Positions 47,505-55,601 of a stretch of DNA of 55,601 nucleotides are shown here, one piece after another. This DNA comes from an uncultured Prevotella sp. (GTDB lineage Bacteria > Bacteroidota > Bacteroidia > Bacteroidales > Bacteroidaceae). A program made the position numbers and the translations under genes. The DNA lies in NCBI GenBank assembly GCA_900552675.1, contig USAI01000001.1, forward strand, positions 1 to 55,601, read 5' to 3'. Under the pieces are notes generated by a model. It saw only the letters and a list, made by a program, of their open reading frames with translations, was not told the origin of the DNA and did no database searches. Numbering within the stretch: position 1 is the stretch's first letter; each line of letters opens with the position of its first letter.

Positions 47505-48509
47505 TTATTGCAGTTCGCTGTATATCACCTGTACCATCACCTGTCCTACGGTCTTCAGCGTGTTGCGGTCGATGTGTTGCATATCGTCGATCACGGTATG
47601 CCAGGTGGGGCCGAAACTGCTCTGCTGGCAGTCGGGGTAGTAGTTGATAACGTCGATGGTAGGAATGTGTGCCTTCTCGTTCAGGGGCACGTGGTCGTCG
47701 GTAATCATGCCGCCATCGAGGGCGGGGAAGTAGCTCTCATAGCCCGCTTTACGTGCTGCTGCCCACACCTTTTTTACTATCTCGGGGGCATACTGCTTGC
47801 TCACGCCCTCTTGGTAGAAGCGTGCGCCCTGTCCGCCCACCATGTCGAGCAAGATGCCGTATCGCACCTCGTAGCCTTGTGGCAGGTTGTCGGCAAAATA
47901 TTGTGCGCCCAGGGCCCACGAGTTGCCATCGTCGGCCACGTCGGCCCACTGTGGTGTGCCCCAGTCTTCGGTGTCGAGGCACACAAAGTCGATGCCCAGT
48001 TGCAGTGTGCTATCGTTTTGCACCAGTCGGGCCAGCTCCATCATCACGGCCACGCCGCTGGCACCATCGTTAGCGCCCATCACTGGCTTGCGCCAGTTGG
48101 CCGAGTCGGGGTCGTTATCGGCCCAAGGTCGGCTGTCGTAGTGTGCGCAGAACAGTATGCGTGTGGTGGCATCGGGGTTGTGTCGGGCAATGATGTTTCG
48201 GTTCTTCAGCACGGTGCCGTCATAACCTTTCAGGTCGGCCTCTTGTGTGGTAACCTGGCAACCGTATTGCTTAAACTTGTTCTCTATCCACTGTGCACAG
48301 CGGTCGTGTGCCTCGCTGTTCATGGTGCGAGGTCCGAAGGCGCACTGTGCCTCGGTAAAGGCGTAGGCGCTGTCGGCGTTGAAGTCGGGGCCTACGAGGG
48401 CCACGGTGTCGGCATCGTCGGCCGCCTTCTTCGTGTTCTTGCATGAGGCGCAAGCGCCTATCATAATAACGGCTAATGCCGATGCTATTAATGTTGATAT
48501 TGTTTTCAT
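47505..48509 (-). CDS. M28 family peptidase / glutaminyl-peptide cyclotransferase lipoprotein
   Basis: Lipobox, FGPR, AHYDSR, GANDGASG, D.EDWG, LLDMVG, DDH, WHT..D. Confidence 0.88.
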   Translation of the reverse strand: MKTISTLIASALAVIMIGACASCKNTKKAADDADTVALVGPDFNADSAYAFTEAQCAFGPRTMNSEAHDRCAQWIENKFKQYGCQVTTQEADLKGYDGTVLKNRNIIARHNPDATTRILFCAHYDSRPWADNDPDSANWRKPVMGANDGASGVAVMMELARLVQNDSTLQLGIDFVCLDTEDWGTPQWADVADDGNSWALGAQYFADNLPQGYEVRYGILLDMVGGQGARFYQEGVSKQYAPEIVKKVWAAARKAGYESYFPALDGGMITDDHVPLNEKAHIPTIDVINYYPDCQQSSFGPTWHTVIDDMQHIDRNTLKTVGQVMVQVIYSELQ

Positions 48510-50425
48510 TGTTGTTTTTTTTGTGAGAAAAAGCCTTTTGGGCGGGGTGCCTTTTGGTCGGGGAAGCCTGTATAGGCCTTTCTAAGCCTTTCTAAGCCGA
48601 GGGGACTGAGGGGCGTGAGAGCGGCAAAGCTATAGGATTTTTCACTTTTCACTTTTCCTTCTTCACTTTTCCCTCTTCCTTGCACCTCTGCCATCACTCT
48701 TAGCCAGTTTCCTCCCCACAACTTTTCAATGTCGGTGGTGGTGTAGCCTTGCATTAGCAGGTGGCGTGTTAGGTTCATGAGGTCGCTGCTGTCGGCCAAG
48801 CCAGGCACGCCGCCATCGCCATCAAAGTCGGTGCCAATGCCTACGTGGTCGATGCCCATCACCTCGACGGCGTGGTTCAGGTGCTGCATGAAGGTGGCTA
48901 TTGAGGCGTCGTCGTTCAGGCTTAGGAAGCCGTGGTAGGCCGTTACCTGCATTACGCCGCCCTTCAGTGCCAGTTGGCGCATCTGGTCGTCGGTGAGGTT
49001 GCGTGGGTGGTCGCACAGCGCTCGGCAACTGGAGTGCGAGCACACGATGGGTTTTGAGCTGAGCTCGAGGGCGTCGTAGAACGATTGCTCGCCGCCGTGG
49101 CTCAGGTCAACCATGATGCCCAGGCGGTTCATTCGCTCGATGACCTGTCGGCCGAAGGGGCTCACGCCGCCCCATGTGTGGTTGCCTCGTGCGCTGTCGC
49201 ATATCTGGTTGTCGCCGTTGTGGCACAGCGTTATGTACACGATGCCACGCTGCGCAAAGTGGTCGATGTTGTCGAGATTGTCTTCAATGGCTTGCCCGTT
49301 CTCAATGCCCAGCATGATGGTGTGCTTGCCAGCGCGTTTGTTTTGCAGCAGCTGTTGGGGTGTGGCGGCCAGAGCCAGGCGGTCGGGGTGGGCCGATACG
49401 ATGTCGTTTATCTTGTTGAAGATGAGGTCGGCATAAGCCTTAGGACCCTCAACAGGGAAGGGGGCAATCTCGGCAAAAGTTTTACCTTCTTTGGGCTGCT
49501 CGAGATAGGCCACCATGGTTACGGCAGCCTGACGGCCATCGTCCATCTTGTGAAGGTCGACCAGCAGATGGGGGTCGCGTGTGCCAAAGTCGACGCCTTG
49601 TGGGAAGAACATTGGCGTGTCGCAATGCGAGTCGAGCACGATGTGTGCATCATGAAATGCCTTGGCCTCGGCATACAGCTTGGCTTCGTTTATCAGCCAT
49701 CTGAACAGCGGTTGGCCATCGGCCTTCAGCCATTCGGGATGCCACTGCACGCCCAGCAGCGCCTTGTGCTCGTTGCTCTCTATGGCCTCGATAATGCCGT
49801 CGGGAGCCAGCGCGCTCACCTTCAGTTTAGGCCCTGGTGTGCCTACGGCCTGGTGGTGGAAGGTGTTGACGTAGATGTGCTCGTCGTTGTTGAAGAGCGA
49901 GCGCAGCAGGGTGTCGGGCAGCAACGTTACGCTGTGGGTGGGCTCGCTTTTGTCGGCATCTTGGCTGTGCTTCAGTCTGCCTTCCTTCGGCCCCATGTCT
50001 TGCAGCACGGTGCCACCCAGGGCTACGGTGAGCATCTGCAAGCCTCGGCATATGCCCATGATGGGCACGCAACGGTTATAGGCCAGGCGGGTGATGAGCA
50101 GCTCGGGCAGATCGCGTGCGGCGTTGATGTGGCCCAGTGTGGGTGCGGGTTCTTCGTTGGTCCACAGGGGGTTGAGGTCGGCACCGCCTGTGAGCAGCAG
50201 GGCGTCGATGCTGTCGAGTGTAGAACAGATGACATCGGCATCGGCCACTGCGGGTATGATGAGTGGCACGCCTCCTGCCGCCACTATCTGTTGGCAATAA
50301 ACCTGTCGCAGGGTGTAGTCGTCGCCCTCAACATTGGCAGTGATGCCTACCACGGGGCGATGCTGTCCCTCGGGATAGCGCTGGTAGAGCGTGTCGAGCT
50401 GTTTTGATAAACAGAATGTCTTCAT
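48506..50425 (-). CDS. Fusion of peptidase C26 (gamma-glutamyl hydrolase-like GATase) and M19 membrane dipeptidase
   Basis: LLLTGGAD, GICRGLQ, VQWHPE; then DSHCDT, GIENG, DLSH, SHS, HPRNLTD, IGTDFDG; start placed at ATG 50425. Confidence 0.9.
   Translation of the reverse strand: MKTFCLSKQLDTLYQRYPEGQHRPVVGITANVEGDDYTLRQVYCQQIVAAGGVPLIIPAVADADVICSTLDSIDALLLTGGADLNPLWTNEEPAPTLGHINAARDLPELLITRLAYNRCVPIMGICRGLQMLTVALGGTVLQDMGPKEGRLKHSQDADKSEPTHSVTLLPDTLLRSLFNNDEHIYVNTFHHQAVGTPGPKLKVSALAPDGIIEAIESNEHKALLGVQWHPEWLKADGQPLFRWLINEAKLYAEAKAFHDAHIVLDSHCDTPMFFPQGVDFGTRDPHLLVDLHKMDDGRQAAVTMVAYLEQPKEGKTFAEIAPFPVEGPKAYADLIFNKINDIVSAHPDRLALAATPQQLLQNKRAGKHTIMLGIENGQAIEDNLDNIDHFAQRGIVYITLCHNGDNQICDSARGNHTWGGVSPFGRQVIERMNRLGIMVDLSHGGEQSFYDALELSSKPIVCSHSSCRALCDHPRNLTDDQMRQLALKGGVMQVTAYHGFLSLNDDASIATFMQHLNHAVEVMGIDHVGIGTDFDGDGGVPGLADSSDLMNLTRHLLMQGYTTTDIEKLWGGNWLRVMAEVQGRGKSEEGKVKSEKSYSFAALTPLSPLGLERLRKAYTGFPDQKAPRPKGFFSQKKQQ
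48564..48679. repeat. Composite family A+B repeat, copy 5 (inside the 3' end of the C26-M19 ORF)
   Basis: Core at 48617; translated in frame as KSEKSYSFAALTP...GLERLRKAY. Confidence 0.88.
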
Positions 50426-50519
50426 GCTTCGTTGTTGTTTATGAAGTGAAACGTTACTGACGTTATTTGTTAGCGATATAATCGTTAGCCAAAGTAAACT
50501 GTTAGCGATATAAACGTTC

Positions 50520-50568
50520 AAAAGCTCCTTTCCAACGCTGTGTCATGGAGTGTTGGAAAAGAGCTTTG
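50520..50568 (-). terminator. Hairpin downstream of the asnC-like gene
   Basis: AAAGCTCCTTTCCAAC...GTTGGAAAAGAGCTTT inverted repeat. Confidence 0.6.
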
Positions 50569-50612
50569 TGTTTCTTGTTTTTGGGTTGTTACGTTTACTG
50601 CCGTAGGCAATG

Positions 50613-51080
50613 TTACTCGGCCTCGGTGTTAACGGGAATTTCGCGCTTGATGCTTTGCTCGAGCGAGATAAGGGTTTCAGTAGACACTACGCCTGGTATG
50701 CCTTGCATCTTGTTGTTCAGCAGATCCATCAGCTGCTCGTTGTCTTGTGCATACAACTTTACCAGCATGGTGTAAGGGCCGGTGGTGAAGTGGCACTCTA
50801 CAATCTCGGGGATGGTGAGCAGGCGCTGTACCACATCTTTATACATGCTACCGCGTTCAAGGTTCAAGCCTACGTAGGTGCAGGTTGAATAACCCAAACT
50901 CTTGGGGTTTACGTCAAACCCACTGCCAGTGATGATGCCGCCTTCCATGAGGTGTTGCACACGCTGGTGAATGGCTGCGCGCGACACGCCACACTCGGCA
51001 GCGACATCCTTGAAGGGTATGCGTGCATTTTTCGAGAGGATACTCAGTATCTTCTTGTCCAGTTTGTCAATTTTATCCAT
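50613..51080 (-). CDS. asnC: Lrp/AsnC family transcriptional regulator
   Basis: IDKLDKKIL..L..NARIPF HTH, IPEIVECHFTTG.Y, GVVSTET. Confidence 0.9.
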   Translation of the reverse strand: MDKIDKLDKKILSILSKNARIPFKDVAAECGVSRAAIHQRVQHLMEGGIITGSGFDVNPKSLGYSTCTYVGLNLERGSMYKDVVQRLLTIPEIVECHFTTGPYTMLVKLYAQDNEQLMDLLNNKMQGIPGVVSTETLISLEQSIKREIPVNTEAE

Positions 51081-51477
51081 GTGTGTATGTTACGGTTTGT
51101 CTTTTAGTTATATTTTGATAGCAAAATTAACTATTAATTATGATATAGCAAACATTTTGTCATGTTTTTTTCGTTCTTGCGTGCTTTTTGTTGACTTTTT
51201 GTCTTCGTGCTCGTAAACAACGCCTGGTATTGAGCCTCTTGTGTGGGCATGTTGAATTGTTCTATTTTCAATGCTTGGCCACTGCTGTATGGCTTTTTTC
51301 TTCTTTAATGTCTTATTTTTTTGGCATATTCGTGTTTTTCTCGTAACTTTGCATGCTTATATTGCATCAATATAAGATGCACTTTTTAGGGGCGTGGGCA
51401 ATGTTCGTTTCGTGTTAAGCACGTCCTTGTTATTTTTATTTACAACAACGTTGATAAACGTTTAAAAAACATTGCTG

Positions 51478-52350
51478 ATGAAAGATATTTGCTGCATCGG
51501 ACACATCACTCGCGACAAAATTGTCACGCCACGCCAAACCGTCTATATGGCCGGTGGCACCTCGTTTTATTTTGCTTATGCCCTTAATGCGCTGCCACAA
51601 CGTGTGTCGTTTGAACTGGTTACAAAGGTGGGCGACGATGGCCTTGAAACTGTTGAACAGATGCGACAGGCGGGCATTAACGTGCGCAACTATGCCAGCG
51701 CACATACTGTGTTTTTCGAAAATATTTATGGAGAAGACCAAAACGACCGCACACAAAAGGTGCGCGCCAAGGCCGATGCCTTCACCATCGACGAGATGAA
51801 GGATGTTGAGGCTGGGGTGTTTCACTTAGGATCGCTCTTGGCCGATGATTTCTCGCCCGAACTGGTGCGCTATCTTTCTACCAAGGGGCGCATCTCGATT
51901 GATGCGCAAGGCTATCTGCGCGAGGTGCGCGGCGAAGATGTGTTTGCCATCGACTGGGCCGATAAGCGCGATATATTGGCTTATACTGATGTGCTGAAGG
52001 TGAACGAACACGAGATGGGGGTGATAACGGGTGAGGCTGAACCGCACGATGCGGCTCGCACGCTGGCTTCGTGGGGCGTGAAAGAGGCGGTGGTAACGCT
52101 GGGCAGCTATGGCAGCATTATCTTGGCCGATGGCCATTTTTATAATATTCCGGCCTACGCACCACGCGAGATTGTGGATGCTACGGGCTGTGGCGATACT
52201 TACTCGGCAGGCTATCTCTATTCGCGTGCTCAAGGTGCTTCTATCACTGAGGCTGGCTGCTATGCTGCCGCTATGTGTACGCTGAAGTTGGAGCACAGCG
52301 GACCCTTCGACCGTAGCGAAGACGATGTGCTTAGGGTGATGAAGGAGTAA
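51478..52350 (+). CDS. PfkB family carbohydrate kinase
   Basis: IGHITRD, AGGT, LKVNEHE, VTLGSYGS, VDATGCGD; promoter box TAACTTTG near 51344. Confidence 0.9.
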   Translation: MKDICCIGHITRDKIVTPRQTVYMAGGTSFYFAYALNALPQRVSFELVTKVGDDGLETVEQMRQAGINVRNYASAHTVFFENIYGEDQNDRTQKVRAKADAFTIDEMKDVEAGVFHLGSLLADDFSPELVRYLSTKGRISIDAQGYLREVRGEDVFAIDWADKRDILAYTDVLKVNEHEMGVITGEAEPHDAARTLASWGVKEAVVTLGSYGSIILADGHFYNIPAYAPREIVDATGCGDTYSAGYLYSRAQGASITEAGCYAAAMCTLKLEHSGPFDRSEDDVLRVMKE

Positions 52351-52355
52351 GGCTT

Positions 52356-52487
52356 TTAGCAAAATAAGCCTTTATAGGCCTTTCTAAGCCGACTAAGCCT
52401 TATTAAACGACTAAGTCTTCCTAAGCCGCTGTGTGAACCTTTATCGTTAAAGGCTCAGTCGGCTTAGAAAGGCTTAGTAAGGCTTAA
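52356..52487. repeat. Family A repeats arranged as an inverted pair
   Basis: TAAGCCTT...TTTCTAAGCCGACT on the left and AGTCGGCTTAGAAAGGCTTAG on the right. Confidence 0.8.
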
Positions 52488-52512
52488 CACTGCCAGCAGT
52501 GTAAATGCTATC

Positions 52513-52542
52513 AGCGAGGTTCTAAAGGGCCTCGCTTTTTTT
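52513..52542 (+). terminator. Intrinsic terminator after pfkB
   Basis: AGCGAGG...CCTCGCT followed by a T-tract. Confidence 0.65.
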
Positions 52543-52561
52543 ATTTCACCTCTTAGGCTTT

Positions 52562-53566
52562 TTATTTCACCTCCCAAGTGTCTTGCGTGTCGAGCAGTTC
52601 TTCGAAGGTGTGGTAGGGCTTTTTGCCCTTTATCTCTTCTATCTGTGCGTTTACGGCATCGTTGTAGGTGGGTGCCTCTACATCGCGTATCACACCGAGG
52701 GCTACGGGAAAGCCGTGCTCGTTGTCCATCATGGCCAACTTTAGCTGAAGGGTGTTGTCTTCGGCATGAGCATCGTGCACAAGAATATCGTTGAGGGTGA
52801 CGCCATTTTCACCTATCTTCACTACCTTCAGTGCAAAACCGTCTTGCATGAGGCCGTATTCTTGGTTCTCGCCAAACACCAGGGGCTTGCCATGTTCTAC
52901 GTAGATGGCATTCTTCGAGCGTCCCTCGCGAGTGTAGATGGGGTCGTAGGCGCCATTGTTAAAGATCATGCAGTTTTGCAGAATTTCGCACACCGAGGCA
53001 CCTTTGTGATGATAGGCTGCCTTCAAAATCTCGACGGTGTGGGCGGCATCGTTGGCCACGGCGCGAGCAAAGAAGTGTCCGCGAGCGCCAAAGCAGAGCT
53101 CGGCAGGGCGGAAGGGGTCTTCAACAGTGCCATAGGGCGACGACTTGCTCACGAAGCCGCGGGGCGATGTGGGCGAATATTGTCCTTTGGTGAGGCCGTA
53201 GATGCGGTTGTTCAGCAATATCATGTTTAGGTCGATATTGCGTCGCATGGCATGAATGAAGTGGTTTCCGCCGATGGCCAGTCCGTCGCCGTCGCCGCTA
53301 ATCTGCCAGATGGTGAGGTTGGGGTTCACCACCTTTGTGCCTGTGGCGATGGCTGCTGCACGGCCGTGAATGGTTTGCATGGCGTAGGTGTTGACATAAT
53401 AGGGCAGGCGGCTCGAGCAGCCGATGCCTGATATGACAGCCGTTTCGTATGGCGGAACACCTATTTCGGCCATGGCTTTATAGAGTGATGCCAAGAAGGC
53501 GTGGTCGCCACATCCGGGGCACCAGCGTGGCTGACCTTTCTTATAGTCTTGTATTGTGTATGACAT
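52562..53566 (-). CDS. korB: 2-oxoacid:ferredoxin oxidoreductase beta subunit
   Basis: WCPGCGD, ISGIGCSS, HGRA, GDGDG..IGGNH, YGLTKGQYSPTS. Confidence 0.94.
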   Translation of the reverse strand: MSYTIQDYKKGQPRWCPGCGDHAFLASLYKAMAEIGVPPYETAVISGIGCSSRLPYYVNTYAMQTIHGRAAAIATGTKVVNPNLTIWQISGDGDGLAIGGNHFIHAMRRNIDLNMILLNNRIYGLTKGQYSPTSPRGFVSKSSPYGTVEDPFRPAELCFGARGHFFARAVANDAAHTVEILKAAYHHKGASVCEILQNCMIFNNGAYDPIYTREGRSKNAIYVEHGKPLVFGENQEYGLMQDGFALKVVKIGENGVTLNDILVHDAHAEDNTLQLKLAMMDNEHGFPVALGVIRDVEAPTYNDAVNAQIEEIKGKKPYHTFEELLDTQDTWEVK

Positions 53567-53653
53567 TGTTCTATCTTTTTTAGCCTTTTTCTTTGTTTAC
53601 GTCCCTTCGACTGAGGGCTTTCTTTCTCTTTTCTTTCCTCTTTCCTCTTTCTT

Positions 53654-55504
53654 TTATTCTTTGATAATTTTCTCAAAGTAGCTTACCAGTTCGCTCACCA
53701 CGAAGGGCTGACCCTTCACCTGGTTAAACTTATAGGGTGCGAAGCCTGGCACGCGGATGCGGAGGAAACCAGCAAACTGTCCGAGGTTTTGCTCGGCCAC
53801 CACCACTTTGGGGTAGCGCTTCAGCACCTCGGCGGTGTTGGCGGGCAGCGGGTTGATAAACTCGAAGTGGGCGAGTGCCACTTTGTGTCCGCCTTTACGC
53901 AGTTCTTCCATAGCGGTATAGAGGTGGCCATAGGTGCCGCCGAAGCCTACGATGAGCAGTTCGGCATCGTCTTTATCGCCTTGCACCTCGACATCGGGCA
54001 CGGGTATGTGTGCCACCTTATCATAGCGCAGGTGGTCCATGCGGTCGTGGTTCTCAGGTTCGGTGCTGATGGCGCCTGTGTTTCCATCCTTCTCCAGTCC
54101 GCCTAAGATGTGGGTGTAGCCCTCTTGTCCGGGTATAGCCCAGTAGCGCACAGCCGTTTCGGGGTCGCGCTTGTAAGGCGTGTACTGGCCCTTCATTTCG
54201 GGTGTAGCATAGTGGGGCTTGATGGTGGGCAGGTCGGCCATCTTGGGCAGTTTCCATGCGGCCGATCCATTGGCAATATAGGCATCGGTGAGCAGCACCA
54301 CAGGGGTGAGGTGCTCGAGGGCTATCTTGGCAGCCATGAAGGCAGCGTCGAAGCAGTTGGTGGGGCTGGTGGCGGCGATGACGGGCATGGGGCTCTCACC
54401 GTTTCGGCCGTACAGCACCTGTAAGAGGTCGGTTTGCTCGCTCTTGGTGGGTAGACCGGTTGAGGGGCCGCCACGCTGCACGTCGATGACAACGAGGGGC
54501 AGCTCGTCGATAACGGCCAGGTTGATGGCCTCGCTCTTCAAGCAGATGCCTGGGCCTGAGGTGCTGGTGGCGGCCAGTGCTCCGGCAAAGGCAGCTCCTA
54601 CGGCGCTGGCGCATCCCGAGATTTCGTCTTCGCACTGCACGGTGGTAACGCCCAGCGACTTATGTTTGGCCAACTCGTGCAGAATATCGGTGGCTGGGGT
54701 GATGGGATATGAGCCGAGGTAGAGGCGCAAGCCCGCCTTTTCGGCAGCGGCTATTAAGCCATAGGCCGTGGCCTTGTTGCCAGTGATGTCCATATAGCGT
54801 CCGGGCACCTTCGTCTTCGACTCTACGCGATAGACGGCGGGCACCGAGGCATGCACGTTGTGTCCATAGTCGTAGCCAGCATGCACCACCTTGATGTTGT
54901 TTTCGGCTATGGCGGGCTTCTTCGCAAACTTCTCGCGCAGGAAGTTTTCTACCAGCGTGAGGTCGCGGTCGAAGAGCCAGCATACCAAGCCCAGTGCAAA
55001 CATATTGCGACATTTCAGTATGCTCTTGTTGTCCATGCCGCTATCGGCCAAGCACTGTTTTACCATCTGTGTGATGGGGCAGGCCACCACACGGTCGCGG
55101 TCGATGTTCAGCTCGCTCAGATAGTCGGCGGTTTGAAACTGAGCCTTCTCCAGGTCGCGTTGCTCAAAGCTGTCGGTGTCGATGATGATGGTAGCCTGAG
55201 GTTTGGCATGTGACAGCTGTGTCTTCAGGGCGGCAGCGTTCATGGCAACCAGCACGTCGCACAGGTCGCCAGGGGTATATACACGGCCGGCACCAATGTG
55301 TACCTGGAAACCTGACACGCCCGTGAGCGACCCTTGCGGGGCGCGGATGTCGGCAGGATAATCGGGGAATGTTGAGATGCCGTTGCCGACGGTTGCCGAC
55401 ACGGTAGAGAAGATGTTACCAGCCAGCTGCATGCCGTCGCCCGAGTCGCCCGAGAAACGCACCACTACCTGGTCAAGATTTTTTATTTCCAGTTGTTGAG
55501 CCAT
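53654..55504 (-). CDS. korA: 2-oxoacid:ferredoxin oxidoreductase alpha subunit (gamma-alpha fusion)
   Basis: FSGDSGDGMQ, YPITPAT, QCEDEI, TSGPG, QRGGPSTGLPT. Confidence 0.94.
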   Translation of the reverse strand: MAQQLEIKNLDQVVVRFSGDSGDGMQLAGNIFSTVSATVGNGISTFPDYPADIRAPQGSLTGVSGFQVHIGAGRVYTPGDLCDVLVAMNAAALKTQLSHAKPQATIIIDTDSFEQRDLEKAQFQTADYLSELNIDRDRVVACPITQMVKQCLADSGMDNKSILKCRNMFALGLVCWLFDRDLTLVENFLREKFAKKPAIAENNIKVVHAGYDYGHNVHASVPAVYRVESKTKVPGRYMDITGNKATAYGLIAAAEKAGLRLYLGSYPITPATDILHELAKHKSLGVTTVQCEDEISGCASAVGAAFAGALAATSTSGPGICLKSEAINLAVIDELPLVVIDVQRGGPSTGLPTKSEQTDLLQVLYGRNGESPMPVIAATSPTNCFDAAFMAAKIALEHLTPVVLLTDAYIANGSAAWKLPKMADLPTIKPHYATPEMKGQYTPYKRDPETAVRYWAIPGQEGYTHILGGLEKDGNTGAISTEPENHDRMDHLRYDKVAHIPVPDVEVQGDKDDAELLIVGFGGTYGHLYTAMEELRKGGHKVALAHFEFINPLPANTAEVLKRYPKVVVAEQNLGQFAGFLRIRVPGFAPYKFNQVKGQPFVVSELVSYFEKIIKE

Positions 55505-55601
55505 ACTGTCTGAAATGGTTATGTTGTGTTATTTATATTATTAATGTTACCTGTTGGCGGAATTAATTTAGTGCATACTTAATTCTGCCAATGGGCTTGT
55601 C

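Noticed and set aside
46887..48446. 519-aa plus-strand ORF
   Set aside because: Antisense shadow of trpS and the M28 peptidase; no recognisable motifs
49085..50407. 440-aa plus-strand ORF (similarly 33046-34107, 36934-37971, 24461-25285 and 39722-40420)
   Set aside because: Antisense to well-supported genes; expected from codon bias
48506..50425. C26-M19 fusion as a novelty
   Set aside because: To my knowledge this fusion is widespread in Bacteroidales; only the repeat-derived tail is unusual

Overview
Core-chromosome segment of a Prevotellaceae-like Bacteroidota bacterium, judged from gene content and the many TAnnTTTG -7 promoter boxes. It has about 43 mostly housekeeping CDS: the DUF6242/porG-like/uppS/bamA/3x ompH/murI operon, rbfA, a lolE-like permease, three FKBP PPIases, tatAC, prmC, ribD, secDF, ilvA-ridA, trpS, korAB and a TrcP-like deaminase-pseudouridine synthase. 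It also has three tRNAs (Gln-TTG, Leu-TAA, Gly-GCC). I see no integrase, transposase, cas gene or CRISPR array. The unexplained signal is almost all intergenic. (i) A compact promoter-hairpin-sORF-terminator unit encodes a 31-aa hydrophobic peptide missed by the ORF track. (ii) A >=220-bp non-coding element occurs twice, with conserved motif islands at identical spacing around four 22-bp palindromic units. (iii) GTAG-type REP-like hairpins show compensatory substitutions. (iv) Several other palindromic or periodic repeat families cluster in mosaics, and one has been absorbed into protein C-termini. (v) An array of CTTGACAA motifs sits in the secDF leader. All product calls are from motif recognition only; no database searches were run.
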